Positions 37,609 to 47,643 of a stretch of 64,000 nt of DNA are shown piece after piece (positions within the stretch are counted from its first letter, which is position 1; each line of letters opens with the position of its first letter). Source of the DNA: Candidatus Spongiisociaceae bacterium (GTDB lineage Bacteria > Actinomycetota > Acidimicrobiia > Spongiisociales > Spongiisociaceae); NCBI GenBank assembly GCA_965262915.1, contig OZ253564.1:4608001-4672000 (forward strand), in the 5' to 3' direction. Both the position numbers and the translations under genes were made by a program. Under the pieces are notes generated by a model. That model saw only the letters and a list, made by a program, of their open reading frames with translations, ran no database searches and was not told where the DNA came from.

Positions 37609-38790
37609 ATGTCGGTCCGCCGGATAGATCCCGAAGAGAGAAGACGGCGCCTCGCGGTCCGTCATCACCTGCATCCCGATCATCCGGCGGCCTCTCCAAC
37701 CGAAGCGGCCAACAGGCTCGTGGGCCTGCACTCGAGCGACCCGGCCACCGTCTTCCTCTCAGCATGGGCGCGGTCGGCGAAGGTGACCGTCCGCGACCTG
37801 GAGAGATGCCTCTACGACCGGCCCACCCTGTACCGAGTACTCGGCATGCGGCGCACGCTCTTCGCGGTTCCGACCGAGCTGGTTCCGTTGCTCCATCACG
37901 GCTGCGCCCGGAGGCTGGCGCCGGCCGAACGGAAGAGGCTGGTCGGCTACCTGGAGAAGCAGGGTATCGCCGACAAAGGAGAAATCTGGCTGGACCGGGT
38001 GGCAGGGGCGACCCTGGCGGCGATCGCCCGACGTGGGGAGGCCCCGGCGATGGAACTACGCGAGGACGTGCCCGAACTCCGCCTCAGCCTCACCTTCGGG
38101 GAAGGAAAGAAATGGGAAGGCCGGATGGGGATCTCGACCAGGATCCTGTTCCTGCTGGCCGTCGAAGGGCTCATCGTCCGCGGCCGCCCGAGGGGATCCT
38201 GGATCAGCGGCCAGTACCGCTGGGCGACGACCGACTCCCGTATCCCCGGTGGAATCCCCGAACTCGATCCCGCCGATGCCCGCTCCCGGTTGCTGGAGCG
38301 CTGGCTCCTGGCCTACGGGCCGGGAACCGAAGCCGATCTTCGCTGGTGGACCGGATGGCCCCTGCGAGATGTCCGCAAGGCCCTGGGTGCGCTCGACGTG
38401 GCCGAGGTGGAGGTCGACGAAGGACCGGCCTTCGTAATGGGCCACGACCTCGAACCCACCCCGCCACCGCAACCCTGGGCGAACCTGGTTCCATCGCTGG
38501 ACTCGACGGTAATGGGTTGGCGCGATCGCCACTGGTACCTCGGAGAACACTCCGGACGGCTCTTCGACCGGAACGGCAACGCCGGCCCCACCGTGTGGTG
38601 GAACGGTCGGGTGGTGGGAGGATGGGCACAGACCCGCGGCGGCCCCATCGCCTACCGGTTGCTGGAGGACATCGGTGCCCGAGGAGAAGCCCGGGTCGCG
38701 CAACGGGCCTCCGCCCTCGAGGAGTGGATGGGGAACACCCGGGTCACGCCCCGGTTCCGTACCCCCTTGGAGAAAGAACTTGCCTGCTAG
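37609..38790 (+). CDS. AlkZ/YcaQ-like (HTH_42) winged-helix DNA glycosylase family protein
   Basis: LVGLHSSDP..LSAWAR, MRRTLF, WLLAYGPGT.AD..WWTG, GRVVGGW. Confidence 0.85.
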   Translation: MSVRRIDPEERRRRLAVRHHLHPDHPAASPTEAANRLVGLHSSDPATVFLSAWARSAKVTVRDLERCLYDRPTLYRVLGMRRTLFAVPTELVPLLHHGCARRLAPAERKRLVGYLEKQGIADKGEIWLDRVAGATLAAIARRGEAPAMELREDVPELRLSLTFGEGKKWEGRMGISTRILFLLAVEGLIVRGRPRGSWISGQYRWATTDSRIPGGIPELDPADARSRLLERWLLAYGPGTEADLRWWTGWPLRDVRKALGALDVAEVEVDEGPAFVMGHDLEPTPPPQPWANLVPSLDSTVMGWRDRHWYLGEHSGRLFDRNGNAGPTVWWNGRVVGGWAQTRGGPIAYRLLEDIGARGEARVAQRASALEEWMGNTRVTPRFRTPLEKELAC

Positions 38791-38892
38791 GAGAATGCTG
38801 AAAAACGGGTGGATAGTTGGCCCGTCGTCCGCTGACGTGACATGTTGTCATCGACCGTCGGGCCAACAGGGAGTTTCTCAGCACTCTCCTAG
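38787..38892 (+). mobile_element. MITE family B, complete copy (106 bp including both CTAG)
   Basis: CTAGGAGAATGCTGAAAAAC ... GTTTCTCAGCACTCTCCTAG; internal stem GTTGGCCCG/CGGGCCAAC. Confidence 0.88.
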
Positions 38893-39022
38893 TTCGTTCG
38901 ACGGCAGAGCCGGCTACTAGAAACCTCGCTCACCCTGCTCTCTCTCCTGAGAACAACGCCGAAGCCCGATCAGCGCGCTTCCTCTCCTCCAACCGCCCGA
39001 ACGGGTAGGTAACCTTCCCGAA

Positions 39023-39703
39023 ATGCCACGTATACGCGCTGCCAGCATCGCCGAGCACAAGGTGATCACCCGGGCCCTCATCCTGGAGATGGCACAGAAA
39101 CTGTTCGCCACCTGGGGCTACGAGGAGACGTCGTTCGGGGACATCGCCGCGGCGGTCGGAATCGGCCGGACCACCCTCTACGACTACTTCACCGACAAGG
39201 ACGACCTGCTGGCATCGCTGGTCGAGGAGACCCTGCCGCCGACCATCCGGAGGATGGTGGAGCAGGTACCCGAGGACATCCCCCCGGCCGAGCGCCTCCG
39301 TCTCCTCGTGATCCGCATGGTCGAGTTCGTGGCGTTGGAGCCGACCCTCGGGTTGCTGCTTCACCGGGAGGTGCCGAAGTTGTCCGCGTCCGCCCAGGAG
39401 CGGGTTGCCAGCGCGCACCAGTCCCTGGCGAGGGAGTTCATCGACACCTACCGGGCGGGTGTGGAAGCAGGCGACCTGAAACGGCTTCCGCCGGGCCTCG
39501 CCGGGCGGTTCCTCAACGACATGACCATGTCGGCCGCCCAGGTCCTGATCGACTCCGAGAACCCGACCGAAGCCCTCCCCACCATCGCCGAGGTGATGGC
39601 GGATCTGCTCTTCGACGGTCTGGCCACCCGCCCGGTGGGTCAGACGAGCGACAACGAGTCCGCTGGCCGGTGGAGAACCGCAACCGTAAGTAACAGATGG
39701 TGA
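39023..39703 (+). CDS. TetR/AcrR family regulator
   Basis: LFATWGYEETSFGDIAAAVGIGRTTLYDYFTDKDDLL. Confidence 0.93.
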   Translation: MPRIRAASIAEHKVITRALILEMAQKLFATWGYEETSFGDIAAAVGIGRTTLYDYFTDKDDLLASLVEETLPPTIRRMVEQVPEDIPPAERLRLLVIRMVEFVALEPTLGLLLHREVPKLSASAQERVASAHQSLAREFIDTYRAGVEAGDLKRLPPGLAGRFLNDMTMSAAQVLIDSENPTEALPTIAEVMADLLFDGLATRPVGQTSDNESAGRWRTATVSNRW

Positions 39704-41754
39704 CAACGGTGACCGAGAACCAGAAGGAACCGTTCCTCATCCGGGAACTGTCCCTACTCGAGTTCGTGCGCCGAGTGCTGGCACAGGCCGAGCGCAAACG
39801 CACGCCGCTGCTCGAGAGGGTCAGGTACATCGCCATAGTCAGCGACCTCATCGACGAGATCTACCAGGTCCGGGTTGCCGGTCTCGATGAGCAGGTCGAA
39901 GCGGGGTTCCAAGCCCTGTCCGTACGCGGGGTCAGCGCCCCCGAACTGCTCGACCGGATCCGTAGCCTCGTGTCGGACATCTGCGGGCACCAGAGCAAGG
40001 TCTTCCGGGAGGAAATACAACCGGCGCTGGAGGAAGTCGGCGTCCGCATCCTGATGTGGGATTCGCTGGAAGAGGCGGACCGGACGCACCTCTACCGGGT
40101 GTTCCACGAGCAGGTGTACCCGGTGCTGACACCGCTCGCGGTCGACCCGGCACATCCCTTCCCGTACATCTCGAATCTCTCGATGAACCTGGCGATCATG
40201 GTGATGGAGCCGGAAACCGGCATGCAACGCTTCGCCCGGGTGAAGGTTCCCCCCATCCTCCCCCGGTTCATCGAACTTCCCGGTCGCAAAGGCTTCGTAC
40301 CGCTGGAGCAACTGATCTCGGCCCACCTCCACGAGTTGTTCCAAGGGATGCAGATCACCGAGTGCCATCCGTTCCGGCTCACCCGCAACACCGACTACCA
40401 GCTGGCCGAGTTCGAGACCAGCGACCTCCTCGAAGCGCTCAAGTCGGAACTGGGGCGCCGCCGCCGGGGACAGGTGATGAGGCTGGAAGTGGAGCGCGAC
40501 ATCGACCCCGACGTGCTCGACTTGCTCATGCGGGAGTTGGAGATCAAGGATCGGCACGTCTACCGGATATCCGGCCTCCTCGGCCTCGACTCGTTGACCA
40601 CCCTCGCCGACCTCGACATCCCCGAATACAAGTGGAAGCCCTTCCCGTCGGTGGTTCCGGCCCGCATTTCGGCCAAGCACGACTTCTTCGAGATGATCAG
40701 CAGGGGCGACCTCCTCGTCCACCATCCCTACGAGTCGTTCGCGGCCTCTACCGCCGAGTTCGTCCACCAGGCAGCCCACGATCCCGACGTGCTGGGCATC
40801 AAGCAGACCCTCTACCGCACCTCGCCCGACAGCGCCATCGCCCGCTCGCTGGTGACCGCCGCCGAGCTGGGCAAGCAGGTGGTGGCCCTGGTGGAGCTGA
40901 AAGCGCGCTTCGAGGAACAGCGCAACATCAAGCGGGCCCAGGCCCTGGAGGAGGCCGGCGTGCACGTCGTCTACGGGTTGGTGGGGCTCAAGACCCACGC
41001 CAAACTCTGCCTTGTGGTACGACAGGAGGACGGCAAGCTGGCCCGCTACGTGCACACCGCCACGGGCAACTACAACGAACGTACGGCCCGCCTGTACGAG
41101 GACGTAGGCCTGTTCACCAAGGATCCGCACATCGGGGCGGACGTGAGCGACCTGTTCAACCAACTCACCGGATACAGCAAGCAGAAGTCCTACCGGAAGC
41201 TGGTGGTTGCCCCGGCCGAACTCCGCTCCCACATCATCGAGATGATCCACCGTGAAGCACAACAGGAAGATGGCCACATCGTCGCCAAGCTCAACGGCCT
41301 GGTGGACGAGAAGACCATCAGGGCCATGTACGATGCCTCCCGGGCCGGGGCCCGCATCGACCTGATCGTCAGGGGCGTCTGCTGCCTGCGGCCCGGCGTA
41401 CCGAGCATGAGCGAGAACATCACCGTCCGCTCGATCGTGGGCCGCTTCCTCGAACACTCCCGGATCTTCCGGTTCGGTCGCCCCGAACGCGGCTTCCGTT
41501 ACTACATAGGATCGGCCGACCTCATGCCCCGCAACCTCGACCGGCGGGTCGAGGCGCTCTTCCCGGTGGAGGACCCGGAAGCCCAGCGCCGTCTCGAAGA
41601 GATCCTGGATCTGTGCCGGGCCGACGACCAGCTGGCCTGGGTGCTGCAGCCGGACGGCTCCTACGAACCCCGCGGGCATCACAACGACGTGGATGTCCAC
41701 CAGGCCCTCATGGACGGAGCAGTCCGACGCTCCCGGACAGCCCGAACGCGGTAG
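39697..41754 (+). CDS. ppk1: Polyphosphate kinase 1
   Basis: RELSLLEF, LTPLAVDPAHPFP, HHPYESF, KQTLYRT, ELKARF, KTHAK, FLEHSRI, SADLMPRNLDRRVE. Confidence 0.97.
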   Translation: MVTTVTENQKEPFLIRELSLLEFVRRVLAQAERKRTPLLERVRYIAIVSDLIDEIYQVRVAGLDEQVEAGFQALSVRGVSAPELLDRIRSLVSDICGHQSKVFREEIQPALEEVGVRILMWDSLEEADRTHLYRVFHEQVYPVLTPLAVDPAHPFPYISNLSMNLAIMVMEPETGMQRFARVKVPPILPRFIELPGRKGFVPLEQLISAHLHELFQGMQITECHPFRLTRNTDYQLAEFETSDLLEALKSELGRRRRGQVMRLEVERDIDPDVLDLLMRELEIKDRHVYRISGLLGLDSLTTLADLDIPEYKWKPFPSVVPARISAKHDFFEMISRGDLLVHHPYESFAASTAEFVHQAAHDPDVLGIKQTLYRTSPDSAIARSLVTAAELGKQVVALVELKARFEEQRNIKRAQALEEAGVHVVYGLVGLKTHAKLCLVVRQEDGKLARYVHTATGNYNERTARLYEDVGLFTKDPHIGADVSDLFNQLTGYSKQKSYRKLVVAPAELRSHIIEMIHREAQQEDGHIVAKLNGLVDEKTIRAMYDASRAGARIDLIVRGVCCLRPGVPSMSENITVRSIVGRFLEHSRIFRFGRPERGFRYYIGSADLMPRNLDRRVEALFPVEDPEAQRRLEEILDLCRADDQLAWVLQPDGSYEPRGHHNDVDVHQALMDGAVRRSRTARTR

Positions 41755-41758
41755 TCCC

Positions 41759-42256
41759 GTGCCTGCCTTGATGCTGTTGCGGCACGCCAAGTCGGACTGG
41801 AAGGCGGACTACCTCTACGACCGGGAACGGCCTCTCAACAGGCGCGGTGTCCGGTCGGCGAGAGCCGTGGGCAGGTTCGTGGCGGACTATCGCCTGGTCC
41901 CGGACCTGGTCCTGACCTCCCCCGCGGTAAGGGCCGCCACCACCGCCGACCTGGCGGCATCGGCCGGAGGGTGGGACACCGAGATTGTGAGGGTTCCCGA
42001 GATCTACGGGGCCGACCCCGCCGACCTCCTCCACCTGGTCCGGGGCGTTGCCGGTGTGGAACGCCTGATGGTGGTCGGCCACGAACCGACCATGTCGGGA
42101 TTCCTGGGTAGCACGACCGGAAGCCACCTGCGGGTAACCACCGCCGCCCTGGCCTCGCTACGATTCACCTACGGCCGTTGGGCGGACGCTGCGTGGGGGA
42201 CCGCGGAGCTGGAACTGTTCGTCAGGCCGCGATTGCTGCTCAAGACACCCCGCTAG
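41759..42256 (+). CDS. SixA-type histidine phosphatase
   Basis: LLRHAKS, D.ERPL..RG, SPAVRA..T, VVGHEP. Confidence 0.9.
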   Translation: MPALMLLRHAKSDWKADYLYDRERPLNRRGVRSARAVGRFVADYRLVPDLVLTSPAVRAATTADLAASAGGWDTEIVRVPEIYGADPADLLHLVRGVAGVERLMVVGHEPTMSGFLGSTTGSHLRVTTAALASLRFTYGRWADAAWGTAELELFVRPRLLLKTPR

Positions 42257-42577
42257 CTCTCCCCCGTTGCCACGCGGTGATTGCGGGCAGCGCCCCGCGA
42301 CGGAAGTGCCTCAGGGTCGATCCCGATCGGGCTCGGCTACACCGCCCTGCAGGTCGGTCTCCGAGTGATGGGGCACCGGCACGAACACATAAGGATGCTT
42401 GCCGAGGCCGAGATAATAGAAGAGGTAAGTGGGTCGATGCCTTCAACCGCCGTCATGGACAGGTTAGATTGTCAGGAGATTCTGCGATTCCGACCAGGTT
42501 CTCGCGGACAGCCTCATAGGCAATCCGTTCCGGATTCCCGGGCGTGCGGTACGTAGTCTGAGCGGGGAAAGGCAACG

Positions 42578-44461
42578 ATGCAGCGGAAGCTCCATACCGT
42601 ACTCGACATCATGCGTGTGCCCGGCGAGGGCGACCCGCTTCGTGCCGTAAGGACCCTCGACCATGGGGCCGCGGCGAAGAGATTCGAATCGGATGTGCTC
42701 ATCGCGGGTGGTGGCCTCAGCGGCGTTGCCGCCGCCCTGGCGGCCTCGCGGCGCGGGCACTCGGTGTGCCTGCTCGAAGAGACGGATTGGTTGGGGGGTC
42801 AGGCGACCTCACAAGGCGTCTCGGCTTTGGACGAGCACCCCGACATCGAAGCCTTCGGCGGAACGCGAAGCTATTACCACCTCCGGGAGAGTATCCGGGA
42901 TCGGTACCGATCCTTGGCATCCGAACGCAGCGCGGCAGAGCCTTTCAATCCCGGCCGATGCTGGGTGAGCGGAATCGCCTTCGAGCCGATCGTAGCTATC
43001 AGAGCCCTGGAGGAAATGTTACGACCGGCAATAGCCTCGGCAACCCTCCGGGTATTCCTCCGAACCAAAGTGGTCGCCGCTGACGTTCACGACGACCGGC
43101 TGCAGACCATTCGGGCAGTGAATCTCGATGATGGTACGGCTCTGGAGTTCGAGTTCACATACGTGATCGACGCCACCGAACTCGGGGACCTCCTACCGCT
43201 CTCCGGAGCCGAGTACGTTCTGGGCGCCGAGACGATCGCTGATACAGGTGAACCGAGCGCTCAGCCGGAAGAGCCCCGCCCACACTGCATCCAGAGCTGC
43301 ACCTACACGTTCGCCTTGGAACGCAGGCCCGAGCATGAACACCACGTCATCGCAAGACCCACCAAGTACGAGCACTACAGGGACAACCAGCCCTACGACC
43401 TCCGAATCGAGGTACACGGCGGAGAGATCTACGGCGAGGAATCCGGTTGGTTACATTACGCGATGTTCGACACGATGGACGGCACCAAAGGCGGACTCTG
43501 GCACTACCGCCGCTTGGTGGATGCCGCCAGGTTCCGCGGCCACTACGACTACGACATCACCATGTTCAACTGGCCCGGCATCGATTACCGAGATGAGCCT
43601 CTGGTCGACAAAACCCCGGAGGATCTTGCCTTCGCACTGCAGGATGCCAAGCGCGTGAGCTTGGGGTTCCTCCATTGGCTACAAACGGAAGTTCCCGATC
43701 CGTTCGGTGCCAACGGCTTTCCGTATCTCAAGCTGCGCCCTGACGTGATGGGTACGACCGATGGTCTCTCGAAGCACCCGTACATCCGGGAGGGCCGACG
43801 CATCCTGCCGGTGAAACGCATCGTGGAACACGACGTGGCCGTGGCGCATCAGGCAGGTCCGCGTGCCCGGCACTGTGAGGACTCCGTCGGTGTCGGCTGG
43901 TATCCCATCGACATTCACCAGGCAGGCGAGGGGGACGTTGGAGTCAGTACCCGGACCAAGCCGTTCCAGATACCGATGGGAGCTCTGATACCGGTACGCC
44001 TTCAGAATCTCGTGGCCGCGAGCAAGAACATCGGCACCACCCATATCACCAACGGCTGTTACCGCCTACACCCCGTCGAGTGGAATATCGGAGAGGCTGC
44101 CGGGACCCTGGTGAGCTGCGGGCTCCGGACAGGAGCATCGCCGCAGATGATCCACAGCGACCCCGGTTTGAGGCGTAGCGTTCAAACCGCGCTGCTCGAT
44201 GATGGTATCCCATTGGCCTGGACGGTCGATGTCCCCGTGTCAGACCCGAGTTTTTCTGCGGTGCAGCGGTTGGTCATGGCAGGCGGATACGGTGGGTATG
44301 ACGGGATGCTGGAGTTCGGGGCCACCGATCCCGTCAACAGCAGAGAGCGCAGACATTGGCTCACCGCTATGGGCGGTTCCCACATCGCAGATCCGTATGC
44401 AACAGGAATGGTTACGAGGGCGGCGTTCGCCGAGGCGCTGGCACGGGCGGGGCATATATAG
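42578..44461 (+). CDS. FAD-dependent oxidoreductase (FAD_oxidored family)
   Basis: DVLIAGGGLSGVAAA, EETDWLGGQ, IDATELGD, PYIREGRR, YPIDIH, YRLHPVEWNIGEAAG. Confidence 0.88.
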   Translation: MQRKLHTVLDIMRVPGEGDPLRAVRTLDHGAAAKRFESDVLIAGGGLSGVAAALAASRRGHSVCLLEETDWLGGQATSQGVSALDEHPDIEAFGGTRSYYHLRESIRDRYRSLASERSAAEPFNPGRCWVSGIAFEPIVAIRALEEMLRPAIASATLRVFLRTKVVAADVHDDRLQTIRAVNLDDGTALEFEFTYVIDATELGDLLPLSGAEYVLGAETIADTGEPSAQPEEPRPHCIQSCTYTFALERRPEHEHHVIARPTKYEHYRDNQPYDLRIEVHGGEIYGEESGWLHYAMFDTMDGTKGGLWHYRRLVDAARFRGHYDYDITMFNWPGIDYRDEPLVDKTPEDLAFALQDAKRVSLGFLHWLQTEVPDPFGANGFPYLKLRPDVMGTTDGLSKHPYIREGRRILPVKRIVEHDVAVAHQAGPRARHCEDSVGVGWYPIDIHQAGEGDVGVSTRTKPFQIPMGALIPVRLQNLVAASKNIGTTHITNGCYRLHPVEWNIGEAAGTLVSCGLRTGASPQMIHSDPGLRRSVQTALLDDGIPLAWTVDVPVSDPSFSAVQRLVMAGGYGGYDGMLEFGATDPVNSRERRHWLTAMGGSHIADPYATGMVTRAAFAEALARAGHI

Positions 44462-44475
44462 AGCTAGCGAATAGG

Positions 44476-44503
44476 CGACCACCGACCACCGACCACCGAC
44501 CAC
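44476..44503. repeat. Heptamer tandem repeat (CGACCAC) x4
   Basis: Four perfect copies between the oxidoreductase gene and dxs. Confidence 0.9.
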
Positions 44504-44564
44504 CTTGAATGCCCGATCGGCCCTAGGGTACGGTAACCTCGGTTCCAGCAAGCGGATTGCCGAC

Positions 44565-46400
44565 ATGAACACTCCTCACACCCCCCTCCTAGACCGGATC
44601 GAAGGACCCGAGAACCTCAGGCGGTTGGACAGCCGAGATCTGTCACGCCTCGTAGCCGAGATCCGGCAGGTGATCGTGGCAACCGTCAACCGCAACGGGG
44701 GTCACCTGGGGTCGAACCTGGGAATCGTGGAGTTGACCATCACCCTGCATCGTGTGTTCGAGTCTCCGCACGATGTCATCCTCTTCGACACGGGCCACCA
44801 GGCCTACCCGCACAAGCTGCTCACCGGTCGCCGCCGGGCCTTCGACAGCCTGCGGCGCCCAGGGGGAATGTCCGGTTACCCCAGCCGGGGGGAGTCGGCC
44901 CACGACTGGATCGAGAACAGCCACGCCTCGACTGCCCTGTCCTACGCCCACGGACTGGCCACGGCCTTCAGGACCACAGGAGAGGACCGCCATGTGGTGG
45001 CAGTGGTGGGCGACGGTTCGCTGACCGGGGGCATGGCCATGGAGGGTCTGAACAACCTGGGCCACTCGAACAGCAAAGTCACGATCATCCTCAACGACAA
45101 CGGCCGGTCCTACGCGCCCACCATCTCCAAGCTGTCCGAGAGCCTCATCAAGCTCAGGGCCAGCCCCGTGTACATGAGACGCCAGGAGCGAATCGAGGAG
45201 ATCGCGGAGTCGGTCCCCTGGGTAGGCGACATGCTGCGGCGCGGCATCGACGCCACCAAGATGGCCATCCGCCACATGTGGGATCCGCCCGCCATATTCG
45301 AGCAACTCGGTATCCACTACGTAGGGCCCTACAACGGCCACGAGATCGGCCAACTCGAAAAGGTGCTCAAGAAGGTGAAGCTGTTCGACGGACCGACCGT
45401 GGTCCATGTCATCACCCAGAAGGGCCGCGGCTACCGGCCCGCGGAGCGAGACCCCATCAAGAACATGCACGACCTCTCATCGATCAAGCAGGGCAGCTAC
45501 ACGGCCGCTTTCGCCGAGCATCTGGTGGAACTGGGCAACCGCCACCCCGAGTTGGTGGCGGTCACCGCCGCCATGCCCGACTCGACCGGGATGCTTCCGT
45601 TCATCGACCGGTTCCCCGGGCGGGCATTCGACGTGGGAATCGCCGAACAGCACGCCGTGACCATGGCCACGGGGATGGTGATGGGGGGCCTGAGGCCGGT
45701 GGTGGCCATCTACTCCACCTTCCTGACCAGGGCGCTGGACCAGATCAACCTGGATGTGGCCCTTCACGGCTGCCCGGTGGTGTTCTGCATCGACCGGGCC
45801 GGGATCACAGGTGACGACGGAGCATCGCACCACGGAACCCTGGACATGGTCCTGCTGTCGAAGATCCCGGGTATGACCATCTTCGCCCCGTCCTCGTACG
45901 AGGAACTCCCCGTGATGCTCGACACGGCTCTCGGCATCACCTACGGACCCACCGCCATCCGCTGGCCCAAGACCCCCGCACCGCGGGTGTCGCCGGGCGA
46001 GGTGGGATCGGGGCTGTCGGCCCGCCGCGACCGCGAAGGCACCGATGTATGCCTCATAGGGATCGGAAAGATGTTCCCGGTCGCTTGCGAGGCGGCCGAT
46101 CTGCTGGCGGGTGAGGGAGTCAGTTGCTCGGTTTGGGATCCCCGAGTGGTGAAGCCACTGGACCCGATCATGATCGGGGACGCGATCCGCCACGATCTGG
46201 TGGTGACCATCGAGGACGGTCTCCGGCAAGGAGGCATCGGCCAGGCGATCCGCGACCAGGTGTCCGCGTCCAACTCCACCCCTGTGGTCGTGATGGGTAT
46301 CCCCACCGTCCATATCCCGCACGGCAAGGTGGGCGAGATCCTGTCCGACTACGGTCTCGATGCGGCCGGCGTCAGATTGACGGTCCAGAAGTACCTGTAG
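44565..46400 (+). CDS. dxs: 1-deoxy-D-xylulose-5-phosphate synthase
   Basis: GGHLGSNLG, DTGHQAYPHK, GDGSLTGG, DVGIAEQHA, YSTFL, DRAGITGDDG. Confidence 0.96.
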   Translation: MNTPHTPLLDRIEGPENLRRLDSRDLSRLVAEIRQVIVATVNRNGGHLGSNLGIVELTITLHRVFESPHDVILFDTGHQAYPHKLLTGRRRAFDSLRRPGGMSGYPSRGESAHDWIENSHASTALSYAHGLATAFRTTGEDRHVVAVVGDGSLTGGMAMEGLNNLGHSNSKVTIILNDNGRSYAPTISKLSESLIKLRASPVYMRRQERIEEIAESVPWVGDMLRRGIDATKMAIRHMWDPPAIFEQLGIHYVGPYNGHEIGQLEKVLKKVKLFDGPTVVHVITQKGRGYRPAERDPIKNMHDLSSIKQGSYTAAFAEHLVELGNRHPELVAVTAAMPDSTGMLPFIDRFPGRAFDVGIAEQHAVTMATGMVMGGLRPVVAIYSTFLTRALDQINLDVALHGCPVVFCIDRAGITGDDGASHHGTLDMVLLSKIPGMTIFAPSSYEELPVMLDTALGITYGPTAIRWPKTPAPRVSPGEVGSGLSARRDREGTDVCLIGIGKMFPVACEAADLLAGEGVSCSVWDPRVVKPLDPIMIGDAIRHDLVVTIEDGLRQGGIGQAIRDQVSASNSTPVVVMGIPTVHIPHGKVGEILSDYGLDAAGVRLTVQKYL

Positions 46401-47366
46401 GAGTGTGGTAAGAAAACGATGATAGTGGTTGGCCCGTCGTCCGCTGACGTGGAAGCCTGTCATCGACCTCGGTGGTCGCCGTGTTGTCGTCGCGTGAGGT
46501 GGGCGAGTTTGCGTTCGACTTTGGGGCGGGTGGTCCGGTAGTCGTTTTGCCAGGAGCGGGTTTTCTGCCGTTTTCTGGCGTTGGTGAGCACGGCTTCGTG
46601 TTTGCCTACTCTGATGGTTCTGCCTCCGGTGGCGTCGGTGCATTTGTTTCGCAGTTCGCAGTTGGTGCAGGCCCGTCCGAAGTGGGCGACGCCTGTGCCG
46701 TCTTGGTGGGTGCTGATCGTGACGGTCACTCCCCTGGGGCAGGTGACCGCACCGGCTTGGAGGTCGATCTTCAAGCGGTCTTTGGTGTAGCGGCCCTTGG
46801 GTGCTGTGGGCGCGGCGCTGCGGCATCCCGAGTTGATGCTGTGGTCGGTGAGGAGTTGTTGGAACTCGCCTCCGCCGTAAGCGCGGTCACCGTACACTGT
46901 TGGCCTTCCCGGATACTCCTCGATGCCGGTCTCAACACCGTCCCCGCTGGTGGGGATCTTGTCCAGCAGGTCGGCGATGAGTGGGTGAACCGTACGGTTC
47001 ACCCCGCGTAGTTCCAACGTATATCAAACTCGAATGCTGCCACCGCCTCCCGATCAGACAACCCGAACCAAAGCTGTAACACCATCACCGTCGCCACAAT
47101 CCGGGGCGGCACACTCCGCCGCCCCACCCCCGCGAACAAATCCGAAAGAATCTCATCGGCAAACAGCCGGTCACGCGTCCGCGACAAAACCCGAAGAAAC
47201 AGAATCATCAGTCGCCCGCTCACCCACAAACTCTGTACCCTAAACAATCACCCTGCGCTGGTGTCACACCCAAAGACACAACCCCCAAATCACAAACCCA
47301 CACACATGTAACCCACCACCCGACCAAACCACACCCCCACCCCCGCGAAAAACACCAGCCTCCTAG
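46397..47366 (-). mobile_element. Internally deleted, frameshifted IS1182-family remnant joined to a MITE-B-like end
   Basis: DUF772-type GRRSVPP..VMVLQ..LSDREA..RW fragment (46999-47250); DDE-type YGDRAYGG, VTCPRG, CTNCELRNKCT, RPKVERKLAH fragment (46460-47000); end CACCAGCCTCCTAG; 46397-46468 matches family B. Confidence 0.85.
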
Positions 47367-47424
47367 GCGAGTGCTGCAACAGTGACGGCTGACAAGACCG
47401 CCGGCTACCATCAGGCTCCCCTAG
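47363..47424. mobile_element. Short CTAG-bounded family-B-like element
   Basis: CTAGGCGAGTGCTGCAA ... TCAGGCTCCCCTAG; a further lone end GGAGGAGGCTGCAAAACG near 47456. Confidence 0.45.
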
Positions 47425-47643
47425 ACTTGCCCGGAAGCGACCGATTCCGTCCTCGGGAGGAGGCTGCAAAACGACGCTTGATGCTTGCCCCTTTGGCTTG
47501 ATGCTTGCGCCTTTGGTCGCCGACCAAGTTTTCTCGGTGATAGTCGAATAGGGCAGTGGGTGGATTGCCCGAGCTACCCGTCGGCGGAACGCTAAAACGT
47601 CCCGACTGCGAAACATTTTCCTGCTAAGAGAAAGGGTTCATTC

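Noticed and set aside
39754-41790. Long antisense ORFs (also 22245-23780, 2594-3916, 14422-15915, 5739-7118)
   Set aside because: Shadows of real genes caused by high-GC codon bias; no recognisable motifs
42281-42556. 91-aa ORF upstream of the FAD oxidoreductase
   Set aside because: No good RBS or recognisable family; may be a gene remnant but cannot be supported
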